DNA of 64,000 nt from Promethearchaeota archaeon (GTDB lineage: Archaea; Asgardarchaeota; Heimdallarchaeia; Hodarchaeales; Hodarchaeaceae), in contig JBHLMN010000021.1 in the NCBI GenBank assembly GCA_048938105.1, positions 41,699 to 105,698 of the forward strand, read 5' to 3'. Positions 9,164-19,185 of the stretch are shown here, piece after piece. The notes beneath the pieces were generated by a model. The model was given only the letters and a program-made list of their open reading frames with translations. It was not told the DNA's origin and searched no databases. The position numbers and the translations under genes were made by a program. Positions within the stretch are counted from its first letter, which is position 1, and each line of letters starts with the position of its first letter.

Positions 9164-10660
9164 TCAAGAAAACTCCATGATATTACTACAAAAAACTGAA
9201 ATTTCCTCTTTTATTTTTTCTGATATTCTGTACAAGTTAAAAATTAATTCATCAACTCTTTCAACCTTTCTAGAAAAATCATAATCTGGATTTTTCATAA
9301 GAGATGATACAATATCTTTTACAATTGTAACAATTTCTGCTTTTTGATCAATTGAAGGGAAAATGAATGGAAGTTCTTTAATAAAGCTAGTAGCAATAAT
9401 ATTGGAGCGATGTATAACTTTTCGAGCAAGATACTGGACAAGTTTACTATTTAAATATCCTAAAGAATAGAATAAATCCTCATCATGATCAAAAAAGAAG
9501 TTCGCATTTACTCCAAACAAATTTCCTGGTGGCATATATGCAGCTGAAAACTTTCTTCCAATACTACTACAAGTGATCCCTTCTCTGAAATAGAACTGCT
9601 CATTCCTAACAAGAAAATTCTTAGGGTCATTTTTTGCATTTTTTTGATAATCCCTCTCTATAAAATATGGTGTTTCATAGAAATAGGGAGTTCGTTGGCC
9701 TGATTTATAAAATCCTACCCAAGCGGGATCGTTTTGAACTTCTTCAGCTAGTCGTAGATATCTTCCATCGTTACCAGTTGAAATGCCCGTACCTCCTTTC
9801 GTAATAACCCCAAATCTAGTGGGTGGGTTTTGAACCAAGCGAATAATCGTTTTCGGAACACCAACGAAGAATTTAAGGTCTGGCATCTTACGATATTCGA
9901 TTTGTGGCACAAATTGAATGTTAGGGGGTTTTTCGTATTCTTTCTCATCCATTAAACGATCAATAAGACGCATTTGATGTTTTTGATCCTCTAGATGTTG
10001 TTTACTCTCCCAAAAACTACTAGTGTGCTTTTTCTCTAAAATAATTATAGCTGTTCTGACATCTGCATCACTACGGTGAAATAAACGCCTAGGAGCTAGC
10101 TTTATTTCCAGAATTTTACAATTATTTAGAATGAATTTTCTAAAACGATAATAATACCTATTTGTAAAAAAGGCATCTTCCACAATGAAACAAAGAATAC
10201 CTCCATCCCTCAAATGTTGAATCGCGTTTACCATGAAGAGAGAATAAAGATTGTATACTCCAATAAATCCATATTTCTTTTCAAGTTCTTTTCTATGTTT
10301 TCTCATATAATAGCTATTTCTGCGGCTTTTATATGGTGGATTGCCAAGAATAATATCCTTTGATGAATATTCATTAAGTAATGTGTCAGTACATTTCGCA
10401 TGGATTCCTAATTCTTTCAAGGGTTTAATTTTTTCTTCATCAATATCGTAAGCATAAATTGCAGATGGATTGATTCCAAATTCCAGCAAAGCACGTATAA
10501 ATACACCATCACCTACCGCAGGATCTAATATTTCTTTATTATCATCGATATGAGGAGCAATTAAATTTATCATATGTTTTACTGTGAGAATAGGAGTCTC
10601 ATAAACTCCTTTCTGCCTTTTTGAAGAATATTCATTTCCTTGTTCGTCTACTCTTGACAT
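9164..10660 (-). CDS. N6-adenine methyltransferase (gamma class, Eco57I/TaqI-like) with PglX-like target-recognition region
   Basis: GVYETP, motif I LDPAVGDG, motif IV GNPPY, NLYSLF; C-terminal RNEQFYFREGIT. Confidence 0.88.
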   Translation of the reverse strand: MSRVDEQGNEYSSKRQKGVYETPILTVKHMINLIAPHIDDNKEILDPAVGDGVFIRALLEFGINPSAIYAYDIDEEKIKPLKELGIHAKCTDTLLNEYSSKDIILGNPPYKSRRNSYYMRKHRKELEKKYGFIGVYNLYSLFMVNAIQHLRDGGILCFIVEDAFFTNRYYYRFRKFILNNCKILEIKLAPRRLFHRSDADVRTAIIILEKKHTSSFWESKQHLEDQKHQMRLIDRLMDEKEYEKPPNIQFVPQIEYRKMPDLKFFVGVPKTIIRLVQNPPTRFGVITKGGTGISTGNDGRYLRLAEEVQNDPAWVGFYKSGQRTPYFYETPYFIERDYQKNAKNDPKNFLVRNEQFYFREGITCSSIGRKFSAAYMPPGNLFGVNANFFFDHDEDLFYSLGYLNSKLVQYLARKVIHRSNIIATSFIKELPFIFPSIDQKAEIVTIVKDIVSSLMKNPDYDFSRKVERVDELIFNLYRISEKIKEEISVFCSNIMEFS

Positions 10661-13187
10661 CCCCTATAGATTCTATATCTGGATGAGTAATTTCTCTCTT
10701 TAGAATTTCAATCTGATTTTCTAAGCCATATAACTTATAGACTAGATAATCAAGTCTTTCTATCAGTCTTTTAATCTCCTGATTATCCTTCTTAATAACG
10801 ATAAAAGCCCTTTTACCATGTCTCAATATATGTTGATATTGTTTAGGAGTGAATTCGCAAGATTCTAGCACAGAACATAAATTCCTTGTAAGGTCGGCGA
10901 TTTTTGTAACAAGAGCACTATCTTCTTTGGTTGTAGGAATTTTAATTGGTATATTTGAGATTGTTTTAGGATAAAGTTCGATTTTTTGAGCATCTAATTT
11001 CTTAGCAATAGAATACAAATACAATTCTATCAATTCGGAATTTAATACTCCTAAAATGTAGTATATGTCTAGGTCTTCATTAGTTAAAACAATTGATGTA
11101 CAATCAATCGAGCTATATCTTTGCCTCTTATCAATAGCAAATCTTGGAATACGAGCACGATAAGGACATATTATCTTTAGTTTAGCCTTAAAAAGCTGAA
11201 GATTGCGAACTTGAGCGATCTCGTACCAGTTCGCTAAGTTTTTTCTAACTTCATATCGTTTCATAAGAGTTTCTTTAAATTGTTCTAAATAATGCTTTGT
11301 ATATGGGTAATCATTAATATTAATGCCTCGTTTTGTTAATAGAACATATTTATTATCCCAAATGATCATAAAAGGTAATACATTAGGGGTTTTCACTATT
11401 TCTTTTACTAATTCTGTTTCTAGGGGAAATTGATTAACAATTCCTTTATTTTCAACTAATGCGATGACCTTTCCGTTCTTCTTAATTATATTTGGGGAAA
11501 AAACCTTATCTTTCCCTGAATGATAACCAGTTCCCATACCACAAACTTGATTTAAAGGAACACATTGATTTTCTATTCTCTTTATCAAGCTTATTAAGCT
11601 TTTAGAAGCTACTAGATATTTCCCATTGAGGGATTCACAATGATTAAATGTATAATGATGGAAAATTTGACTTGGTTTGAGGGAAAAACCATTCATATTT
11701 GCCTGTAACTCTTGTAGCAACGTTTGTGAAGATAAATTGTATTTTTTTAAAACTAAAATATGACTTTGTGGATTAAATGTTGAATTTTCGGTCATATAGA
11801 GAACTAAAGAATTAATTCCTTTAGGGAATATCTTAAATTCTCGAAAATCAACTATTACATCAACATATCCATATCCAAAGAGCTCAGATCTTAATTTTTG
11901 CGCATACCGCGCTTCTAAAAAGTATCTTGGAACTATTAAGACACAACTCCCATCTGGAGCTAGCAGTTGTTTAGCCCTCCAAATAAAATAGTAATAATAA
12001 TCGTTCAAACCCGTATAGATTCTAGAGTATAGGTGTCTTAGAATACGTTTTGTTGTTTTATCAATGTATCGGTATCCGATGTAAGGAGGATTACCAATAA
12101 TTACGTCAAATCCTAAGATTTCAGACATATCGAAAACTCTAGGGAATTCTAAAAACCAGTGAAAAAAACTTTGACTATTCAAAATCTCTAGAGAATTGGT
12201 TTCATTAGTTGTTAAATCCTGAACTAGTAGCTGATTGTAATTACATTTCTTACTTATTCCTGGATTATTAATGAATCCTATTATAGAATTCCCAGATTTC
12301 AAATTAACTGAATTGATGATTTCGAGTATATCTTCAATTTGAATATTGGGATCTATTTTAAGTATTCGTAGGATAAGCCTAACTTTACATATAATAAGAG
12401 CTTTTTCATCGATATCCACACCATATAAATTCTTAGAACATATTCTTTTTAAAATTGAATTTAATTTCTTGCCCAAGATGCCAAACTGATTATGCAATGT
12501 TATTAGACAATCAAATGCTGCTAAATATAAAGTTCCACACCCAACAGAGATATCTAATAGTCGTATATCTTTGAAATATTTCTTAAGGAAATCTCTTTGT
12601 TGTTTATGTAAATTAAGATTGTGTATAGAAAAACTAGACAAATTTAGTAGTCTCATAATATGACGTTTAAGACATGATTCTACCATCAAATAGGCACACC
12701 AATAAGGTGTAAAAACTACCCCACGATTTCTTGGATTTTCTGAATGATAAATTAATTCGAAAATCTCTGGTGTTACCGAGTTCTTTTTTACTTTATTGTT
12801 TGAATTTTGGATCGATTCCCACGAAAAAGATTCAATGAATTTCTTCAAGGTGTTATTAATGACTCTTTCTTCTTTCTTTTCTAGAGACTCAACTAACTTC
12901 AATTTTAAGGGGAAAAAAATGTCAGCAATCGGTTTAAAATTCTTTAAATCCTTTAATGAAGATAAAAGAGCCAATGTGTAAGGTAACTTTCCCTCTACTG
13001 AATCTGGAGGGAGTTTTTGGTCTAAGATGTTAATATAAAACGCAAAGAAAACCGTTCTTTTTAACAAATCTTGACAAAAGGAAATAATTTCTTGAGTGTC
13101 CTTGGTTTTCCCGTTAAACAGTACTTGTAACTTATTTAGCGTAATTTTATACAGATTAATGAAAGAATTCAATAATTTGTGCCTCAA
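10632..13187 (-). CDS. Large N6-adenine methyltransferase (Eco57I/TaqI-like)
   Basis: GVVFTP, LDISVGCG, YGVDID, FHWFLEFP, GFDVIIGNPPY, TaqI_C-like YILGVLNS. Confidence 0.88.
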   Translation of the reverse strand: MRHKLLNSFINLYKITLNKLQVLFNGKTKDTQEIISFCQDLLKRTVFFAFYINILDQKLPPDSVEGKLPYTLALLSSLKDLKNFKPIADIFFPLKLKLVESLEKKEERVINNTLKKFIESFSWESIQNSNNKVKKNSVTPEIFELIYHSENPRNRGVVFTPYWCAYLMVESCLKRHIMRLLNLSSFSIHNLNLHKQQRDFLKKYFKDIRLLDISVGCGTLYLAAFDCLITLHNQFGILGKKLNSILKRICSKNLYGVDIDEKALIICKVRLILRILKIDPNIQIEDILEIINSVNLKSGNSIIGFINNPGISKKCNYNQLLVQDLTTNETNSLEILNSQSFFHWFLEFPRVFDMSEILGFDVIIGNPPYIGYRYIDKTTKRILRHLYSRIYTGLNDYYYYFIWRAKQLLAPDGSCVLIVPRYFLEARYAQKLRSELFGYGYVDVIVDFREFKIFPKGINSLVLYMTENSTFNPQSHILVLKKYNLSSQTLLQELQANMNGFSLKPSQIFHHYTFNHCESLNGKYLVASKSLISLIKRIENQCVPLNQVCGMGTGYHSGKDKVFSPNIIKKNGKVIALVENKGIVNQFPLETELVKEIVKTPNVLPFMIIWDNKYVLLTKRGININDYPYTKHYLEQFKETLMKRYEVRKNLANWYEIAQVRNLQLFKAKLKIICPYRARIPRFAIDKRQRYSSIDCTSIVLTNEDLDIYYILGVLNSELIELYLYSIAKKLDAQKIELYPKTISNIPIKIPTTKEDSALVTKIADLTRNLCSVLESCEFTPKQYQHILRHGKRAFIVIKKDNQEIKRLIERLDYLVYKLYGLENQIEILKREITHPDIESIGDVKSRRTRK

Positions 13188-13430
13188 ATTTCTAAATTTT
13201 ATTTTTCAGAGCGTATTCTTCATTTACACTAAACAATAGGAAGAGTGTGCTAGTAAAAATACATTAAGTCTTTAAGTAAAGAAAATATGTGAAACAAAGG
13301 TTTCCTCTAAGCTTTAATAATAAAGCTTTTTACAAATGAGAAAAAACTAAGCTTAAATTCTTTCATGAAATAACATATAAAGTTCTGATGCTTACTCTAT
13401 TATCAATCATTAAAATGATGGTTATAACTC

Positions 13431-15845
13431 ATGTCAACAGGACCACAAGTCAGTAAACCCTTACGAAAAGCGAAGATTCTCGCTATTGATGATGATGAAT
13501 GGTTCATCCGACTAATTATTAAGAAATTCCAAGATGTGGATCCAGGGTTCAAGATTACTCCAGCATACTCAGCAAATGAAGCTATAGAGAAATTAGAGGT
13601 TGGGAAGTTTGATTGCATCCTCTGCGACCATCGCTTGCCTGGTACAATTGAAGTTAGTGGTAAAATTTTCCCTTCTGATGGAATTAACTTGATGAGAAAG
13701 TTCACAGCGATGGATATCGACACTCCAGTCATCTTTGTAACAGGTCAGGGTTCTGAGGAAATCGCGTCAGAGGCACTTCAGTTAGGAGCAAGTGGATATT
13801 TCATTAAAAGAGTTCAACCTGGATATTTCAGTCTCATGGCAACATCTATCCGTCAAACAATCGATAGATATTGGCTTCAGAAAGAACTGCAAAAATCTGA
13901 ATCACGTTATCGTGATTTGTTTGAGAATTCAACTGGATTGATTTTTATCTTCGATTCTGAAGGAAAATTACTAGAAACAAACAGAAATTTCTTAGAAATT
14001 TATGGATATTCTTTTGACGAAAGCCAAAAACTTGATATTGAAAAAATAGCTTATCCTGAAGATTTTGAGAAATGGCGAGAAATGCTTAATTCTATTTGTA
14101 AAGGTAATACTGAAAGTCGTATGCTTCGTTCATTAACGAAATACGAACAAATCTTACATTTAGACATTACAGCAAGACCTATTTATGGAAAGAAAACTCA
14201 AACAGTAACTGCTATTCAAGCAATTGCGCGAGACATAACACAGCAGGTAAAAACTCAACAAGCTTTAATTGACTCCGAGGAAAAACATAGAAAAATTGTT
14301 GAGGGTTCAATTGAAGGTATTATTATAATGGATCATGAGGGAACGATTCTTGATTGGAATCCTGCTGCTACAACAATCACTGGATTTTCTGCGGAGGATA
14401 CCTTGGGTCAGTCAATTTGGATGATTATTAAACAACTAGAACCTTCAGAAATTAGTACGGTCTCAGAGGAGGAGGATAGTTATTCGAAAATACTTGAGGA
14501 GTTCAAGAGTTTTATGATCCCTGATAAAATTCCAAAAACTCCAAAATTTCTTGAATATCAAATTACAAATGTAAAGGATAACTCAAACCGTATTCTAGAG
14601 GTTACTTTATTCATCATCGAGCACTCAAAGGGGTATCGAATTGCCAAAGTAATGCGTGATATAACCGCCAAAAAAATGGCTGAAGAAGAGACTAGATCTT
14701 ATGCACAGCGTTTTCAAACTCTTATTGAACAAGCAGCACTTGGGGTCTGGATAACAGAGATTGAGAATGAAAGAACAATCTATGTAAATGACAGTGTTGC
14801 TCAACTATTGGGGTATAGTCCTCATGAAATGATAGGAGTTTCAGTTCTGGATTTTGTTACCCCTAGTAGTGCTGAGTTATTGACACAAATAACCAAAAAG
14901 CGCCTTAAAGGGGAACCAATTGATGATGTTTATGAACTAACATTTTATAATCGATCGGGAAAGATAATTTCGACTCGTGTTAATGCAGCTGCAATTAAGG
15001 ACGAGAAAGGAAACATTCTAGAAACCTATGGATTTATTCGTGATATTACTCAAGAAAGGCAACGTGAGAAGGAGCTACAAAACACAAAAGAGTTTCTCGA
15101 GTCAATTATTGATTCTATGTCTGATGGTTTGTACACTTATGACCGAAATTTTAAAATAACATCAGCTAATCCCAGATTAAAGGAAATGCTTGGTTATAAG
15201 AAACACCCACTTATTGGAAAAAGTATTATGGATATCTTTCCTCCATATGAACATACACGAGTAAAAGAATTGACTCATGAAAGGATGACTGGAAAAAAAA
15301 GTGACAGGTATCTTTTATTAACCTATATGACAGCTCAAGGTGAGGAGATCAAAGCATCAGTCTCTTCTGTTCCACTTATATCAGATGATAAAGTCGTAGG
15401 AGCTGTTGTTACTGTTTCAGACATTACTGAGCAAAGACGAATTGAAAAGTACCTCCGAGAAGTAACTAAAGAATATGAAACTTTAGTTGCTAACCTACCT
15501 CTTGGATGGTTAAAAATAAATAATATGGGTCGTATAATTGCTTATAATAGAAGTGCTCAACAATTATTAGAGTTTACTGAAATTTTAGATTTAGAAACAG
15601 TCAATATTCTTAATTTTCATCCTTTTCAAGAAGTAGGATTAACCACTCAATTTCGAGATTTAATCTATCAAAAAGAAATTGAAAAGAAAACTATTGATGC
15701 AGTTTTAGAAGATAATCAAGGAGTAAATCACCATTTAAGATTTTATCCTTTCCCAATTTATCATGAAATGGAACCTAGGATTTCCTCTTGGTTTTTGATT
15801 CTTGAACAGGGGAAAAAAGATGAATTCTCAGATTCAGATTTGTAA
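13431..15845 (+). CDS. Receiver domain plus five PAS domains, no output domain
   Basis: REC: LAIDDD, ILCDHRLP, FVTGQG, YFIK. PAS ends ARDIT, MRDIT, IRDIT, VSDIT plus a fifth PAS; no HisKA/HATPase boxes. Confidence 0.88.
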   Translation: MSTGPQVSKPLRKAKILAIDDDEWFIRLIIKKFQDVDPGFKITPAYSANEAIEKLEVGKFDCILCDHRLPGTIEVSGKIFPSDGINLMRKFTAMDIDTPVIFVTGQGSEEIASEALQLGASGYFIKRVQPGYFSLMATSIRQTIDRYWLQKELQKSESRYRDLFENSTGLIFIFDSEGKLLETNRNFLEIYGYSFDESQKLDIEKIAYPEDFEKWREMLNSICKGNTESRMLRSLTKYEQILHLDITARPIYGKKTQTVTAIQAIARDITQQVKTQQALIDSEEKHRKIVEGSIEGIIIMDHEGTILDWNPAATTITGFSAEDTLGQSIWMIIKQLEPSEISTVSEEEDSYSKILEEFKSFMIPDKIPKTPKFLEYQITNVKDNSNRILEVTLFIIEHSKGYRIAKVMRDITAKKMAEEETRSYAQRFQTLIEQAALGVWITEIENERTIYVNDSVAQLLGYSPHEMIGVSVLDFVTPSSAELLTQITKKRLKGEPIDDVYELTFYNRSGKIISTRVNAAAIKDEKGNILETYGFIRDITQERQREKELQNTKEFLESIIDSMSDGLYTYDRNFKITSANPRLKEMLGYKKHPLIGKSIMDIFPPYEHTRVKELTHERMTGKKSDRYLLLTYMTAQGEEIKASVSSVPLISDDKVVGAVVTVSDITEQRRIEKYLREVTKEYETLVANLPLGWLKINNMGRIIAYNRSAQQLLEFTEILDLETVNILNFHPFQEVGLTTQFRDLIYQKEIEKKTIDAVLEDNQGVNHHLRFYPFPIYHEMEPRISSWFLILEQGKKDEFSDSDL

Positions 15846-16844
15846 ATGAAGAACGCTATCTTTTTCAATGCTTTTTCGTGCAGCTTCCACAATTTTCAAC
15901 ACATTTATCCCATCGTCGATAGATACGATAGGATCCGCCTTTTCACGGATACAGTCCACAAAATTCCACATTTCATGAAGGAGGGGTTCACCATAAACTT
16001 TTATTTGTTCTCCATTCGAAAAAGGGATACTAATTGCAGAAACATCTTTTTCTCCACGTGCAATCTCAAGACTTCGCAATTCTAATATTTGTGTTAGTAA
16101 ATTGGCGCAAAGAGTTGCTTTTGTCCCTTCAATATCGATGGTTCGTAATTTTCCTGCATATTCACGACTCATTAAGAATGTAGCATTGAATTCTCTCTCT
16201 TCAGAAGAAATGACAATAACACTAGAATTTGCTATACCGTTCAATGTGTTAGCAGTGGAGAAAAGTTTTATTTTTCCCTCAAAGAATAATCTCAAAGCAA
16301 TATCAAAATCATGAACTCCTATATCTTCATATACATCTCCAATGGATTCAAGCCTAGTCTCTGCAACTGCTCCACGCCTTTGAAAAAGAACAGAACGAGG
16401 ATTTCCGATTAGGTTTCTTCTACTGATAATTTCGCTGATTCTGGTTACAACAGGATTATAAACCTCGATATGGCCTACAATAACTTTGATATTATATTTA
16501 ATTAGTTGAGTTTTCAAATCAATTGCTTCGCTTACAGAAGGGGCAATAGGTTTCTCTATTAATAGGGCTTTTAGAGTTGGAATTCGTTTAATCACTTCAG
16601 CTGTAACACTAGGATGAGTTTCAGTTGGAACTGCTATGATTATACCATTTGGTGATCGTTCTTCAGCCATTTCTTTCAAATCTGAGTACCAAGGCCTTTC
16701 AAACTGTTGTCCAACCGCTTTAGCGACTTTGGGTTTAGAATCAACAATAGAGTCTAAATAACCAAGACGTGATAGTAAACGAGCGTGAAAGAAGCCCATT
16801 TTACCAGTACCAAGGACAGATATTCTAATTTGATCTTCTGACAT
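15834..16844 (-). CDS. Gfo/Idh/MocA family NAD(P)-dependent oxidoreductase
   Basis: GTGKMG, AVPTETH, LIEKPIA, VGHIEVYNP, DIGVHDFD. Confidence 0.9.
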   Translation of the reverse strand: MSEDQIRISVLGTGKMGFFHARLLSRLGYLDSIVDSKPKVAKAVGQQFERPWYSDLKEMAEERSPNGIIIAVPTETHPSVTAEVIKRIPTLKALLIEKPIAPSVSEAIDLKTQLIKYNIKVIVGHIEVYNPVVTRISEIISRRNLIGNPRSVLFQRRGAVAETRLESIGDVYEDIGVHDFDIALRLFFEGKIKLFSTANTLNGIANSSVIVISSEEREFNATFLMSREYAGKLRTIDIEGTKATLCANLLTQILELRSLEIARGEKDVSAISIPFSNGEQIKVYGEPLLHEMWNFVDCIREKADPIVSIDDGINVLKIVEAARKSIEKDSVLHLQI

Positions 16845-16910
16845 CTCATTAATCCCTCAGAATTATTATGTTAAAACATATTGCAGGATTCATCGTTCTC
16901 ACTTAAGAGG

Positions 16911-18224
16911 TCAAGCGCGATACACATTTTGTGTCAACAATCCAATAAGATTAAATGAATGGATCAATAAAAGTAAACCAATTGCGAGTAGTATAAAATA
17001 TCCAATTTGATTCCATCTTTTGATTACTTTATCAAAATAATCTCCGAATGGGAGTAATATGATTATCGAAATCCAAGTAGCACCGAAATAAGTGGCGAAA
17101 AGATGACCTTTGATTGGATAGTCCTGAAAAAGAAAACCAGCAAACATTCCTGGGATTCCAATTATTGTCAGACTCAAAAGAGCTAGGGTAACGGTACAAC
17201 TGATAGAAAAAACAGCCCCCCATGCAATACCTCTAATGAAGGATTTTTGCACAAGAACATGGTCTTGAGGATCTTTAAAGTCACCCAATTGTAACATAAT
17301 GGGCCCAAATCCTACAAATACCCATATTAAATTGAATATTGCAGTAATAAAAACACGTGAAGAGTCTATTCTGTAGTTTAATTTATGTCCAGTAGTACGA
17401 TATAACATGAATGTTGATAACCAAATAGGAATCATTAATAGAGTCGTCAGAAATCCCCCCCCAAAGAATAATATTAAAATACCATCTGTAACTGGATCGA
17501 TTTGTTGAACAAGATTAGCATAACGACTAGAATACCAGAAAATATAAATTAAGAGCATTAAAATGAAAGTTCCCAAATAATTTAACAAATTATTACTATC
17601 GAAACCACCTACATTTCGATATAATAATGAGGCTTTTCTTGATTTAGTAACTCCAAAATATTTGGAATATGATACAGTACCCTTTAATGGAAAATTTTTA
17701 GATGAAGTTAAACTCTGTCTCAGAGTAGCCAAAGGAAAAGAAACAGGTTGGAAGAAGTGTGAGAGATCTAGTTGGTATCCTTGGAAAGGTTCTTCAAGAA
17801 GTTTTGACCCTTTTTCTATTTGAAGTTTCAAACCACAGTGTATACAATATTCTGTTTCGAGAGGATTAGGTTTCCAACACCGATTACAAAATATACTTCG
17901 TTCTTGATCATTTACTGTTATTTTCTTCAGCTTTCCACCGCAAAGATGACAGAAATTATGTGTTGCGGGAACCTCCTTTCGACATAGAGGACATTTAGAT
18001 GTTTTAGCAACTTGATTTTGCTCTGGTGAGGATTCTCCTTTCTGTTTCATCCCACAATAGATACACCAATCGGTTTCAGGAATTTTCATCCCACAATGAG
18101 GGCAAGTCGTTAATGAAGACTGATCCATGATTCTAGACGAATCAATATCCAATTTTTTCCCACATTTAATGCAGAACTGTGTTAAGGGAACCGATTCACC
18201 ACAATGAGGGCATTTAATTGTCAT
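16911..18224 (-). CDS. Membrane protein with four N-terminal double zinc ribbons
   Basis: Eight CxxC pairs (CPHC..CIKC, CPHC..CIYC, CPLC..CHLC, CNRC..CIHC) followed by ~6-7 hydrophobic helices. Confidence 0.8.
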   Translation of the reverse strand: MTIKCPHCGESVPLTQFCIKCGKKLDIDSSRIMDQSSLTTCPHCGMKIPETDWCIYCGMKQKGESSPEQNQVAKTSKCPLCRKEVPATHNFCHLCGGKLKKITVNDQERSIFCNRCWKPNPLETEYCIHCGLKLQIEKGSKLLEEPFQGYQLDLSHFFQPVSFPLATLRQSLTSSKNFPLKGTVSYSKYFGVTKSRKASLLYRNVGGFDSNNLLNYLGTFILMLLIYIFWYSSRYANLVQQIDPVTDGILILFFGGGFLTTLLMIPIWLSTFMLYRTTGHKLNYRIDSSRVFITAIFNLIWVFVGFGPIMLQLGDFKDPQDHVLVQKSFIRGIAWGAVFSISCTVTLALLSLTIIGIPGMFAGFLFQDYPIKGHLFATYFGATWISIIILLPFGDYFDKVIKRWNQIGYFILLAIGLLLLIHSFNLIGLLTQNVYRA

Positions 18225-18274
18225 TAAAAATAAGTTCCTTTTGACATTTTATATCTCTTAAGACGAACATATAT

Positions 18275-18742
18275 TTATAGATTCAGAGACCAAATCCAAA
18301 GTATAATCGTAAATATTTCTAAGAGAATAATTTTTCGGTTATGATAGTAGTATTTGAAAAAATTAACAAAAGCTTTTTGTTTCGAGATTTTCTCATAATC
18401 TAAGTTAAGAATTGAAAAAGATTTATTTGAAAAAGGGGCGAGTAAATAAATTTCCCAATCAATAACATCTACTAATATGTGATAAAGGGCCCCTAGAAAA
18501 AACCAAAATAGAGGTGACAAACCCCAGATTCCAAAACCGAAAACCCCAAGTAAATATAACAAAAGGAAATGTGTAGGTAGTTGTCTATGACTCCTTTTTC
18601 GGATTACTAGGTTGAAAATATAATCAATATCGGGAAAAATAGATCCAACAACAAACCATATCAAATTAGAAGGATCATACCCCCAATAAGCTAAGATATT
18701 GACGCTAGTAATTCCTAACAAGAGATGAACATGAGGCATCAT
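18275..18742 (-). CDS. Membrane-bound metal-dependent hydrolase (YdjM-like)
   Basis: H..LG, FPDID, HRQLPTH, HILVD motifs in a hydrophobic protein. Confidence 0.8.
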   Translation of the reverse strand: MMPHVHLLLGITSVNILAYWGYDPSNLIWFVVGSIFPDIDYIFNLVIRKRSHRQLPTHFLLLYLLGVFGFGIWGLSPLFWFFLGALYHILVDVIDWEIYLLAPFSNKSFSILNLDYEKISKQKAFVNFFKYYYHNRKIILLEIFTIILWIWSLNL

Positions 18743-18810
18743 TGTTAGTTGAATGTTAAGCCGATATTTTTTAAATTCTCTAGTATGATTAATTGCTTAG
18801 AGTTGATGTT

Positions 18811-19185
18811 ATGCCATATCGTGCTGTCTTGAAAAGATTTATGGACAAACACATTATTACTGGCTGTATTATTCTTGATCCCTACGGAAATATATTCTAT
18901 CATACAGGTGCCTTCCCACAAGCTGGTGAAAGGAATCTTGTTGATGGATATTACTTACTTTCAGAGTGGGTCACATTTCCTTCACATATCCGACTTGCTG
19001 GAGTAAAATATATCACTTTGATGAATGCTTATCCAAATTATTGGTGTTTGACAAACCCAAAGGGTTATGGATCACTTGTTATACAAATCTGTAAGAACAA
19101 GTATTACTTTCTTTGTTACTTAAAAGATGATGATCCAATTAAAATGCAAAAAGAAATTGCCAAAATGGCTGAACTCTTCGGTTGA
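18811..19185 (+). CDS. Profilin (Asgard-type)
   Basis: ~124 aa from ATG 18811. N-helix, GCIILDPYG, IRLAGVKY, TNPKGYGSLVI, FLCY and a C-helix match the Asgard profilin pattern (I.GIKY...TN..G.G.++I). Confidence 0.75.
   Translation: MPYRAVLKRFMDKHIITGCIILDPYGNIFYHTGAFPQAGERNLVDGYYLLSEWVTFPSHIRLAGVKYITLMNAYPNYWCLTNPKGYGSLVIQICKNKYYFLCYLKDDDPIKMQKEIAKMAELFG

Noticed and set aside
10632-13187. Type IIG restriction-modification fusion call for the large MTases (also 39177-41777 and 55058-57412)
   Set aside because: No PD-(D/E)xK or HNH motif is recognisable in the N-terminal regions; left as MTase only pending a profile search.
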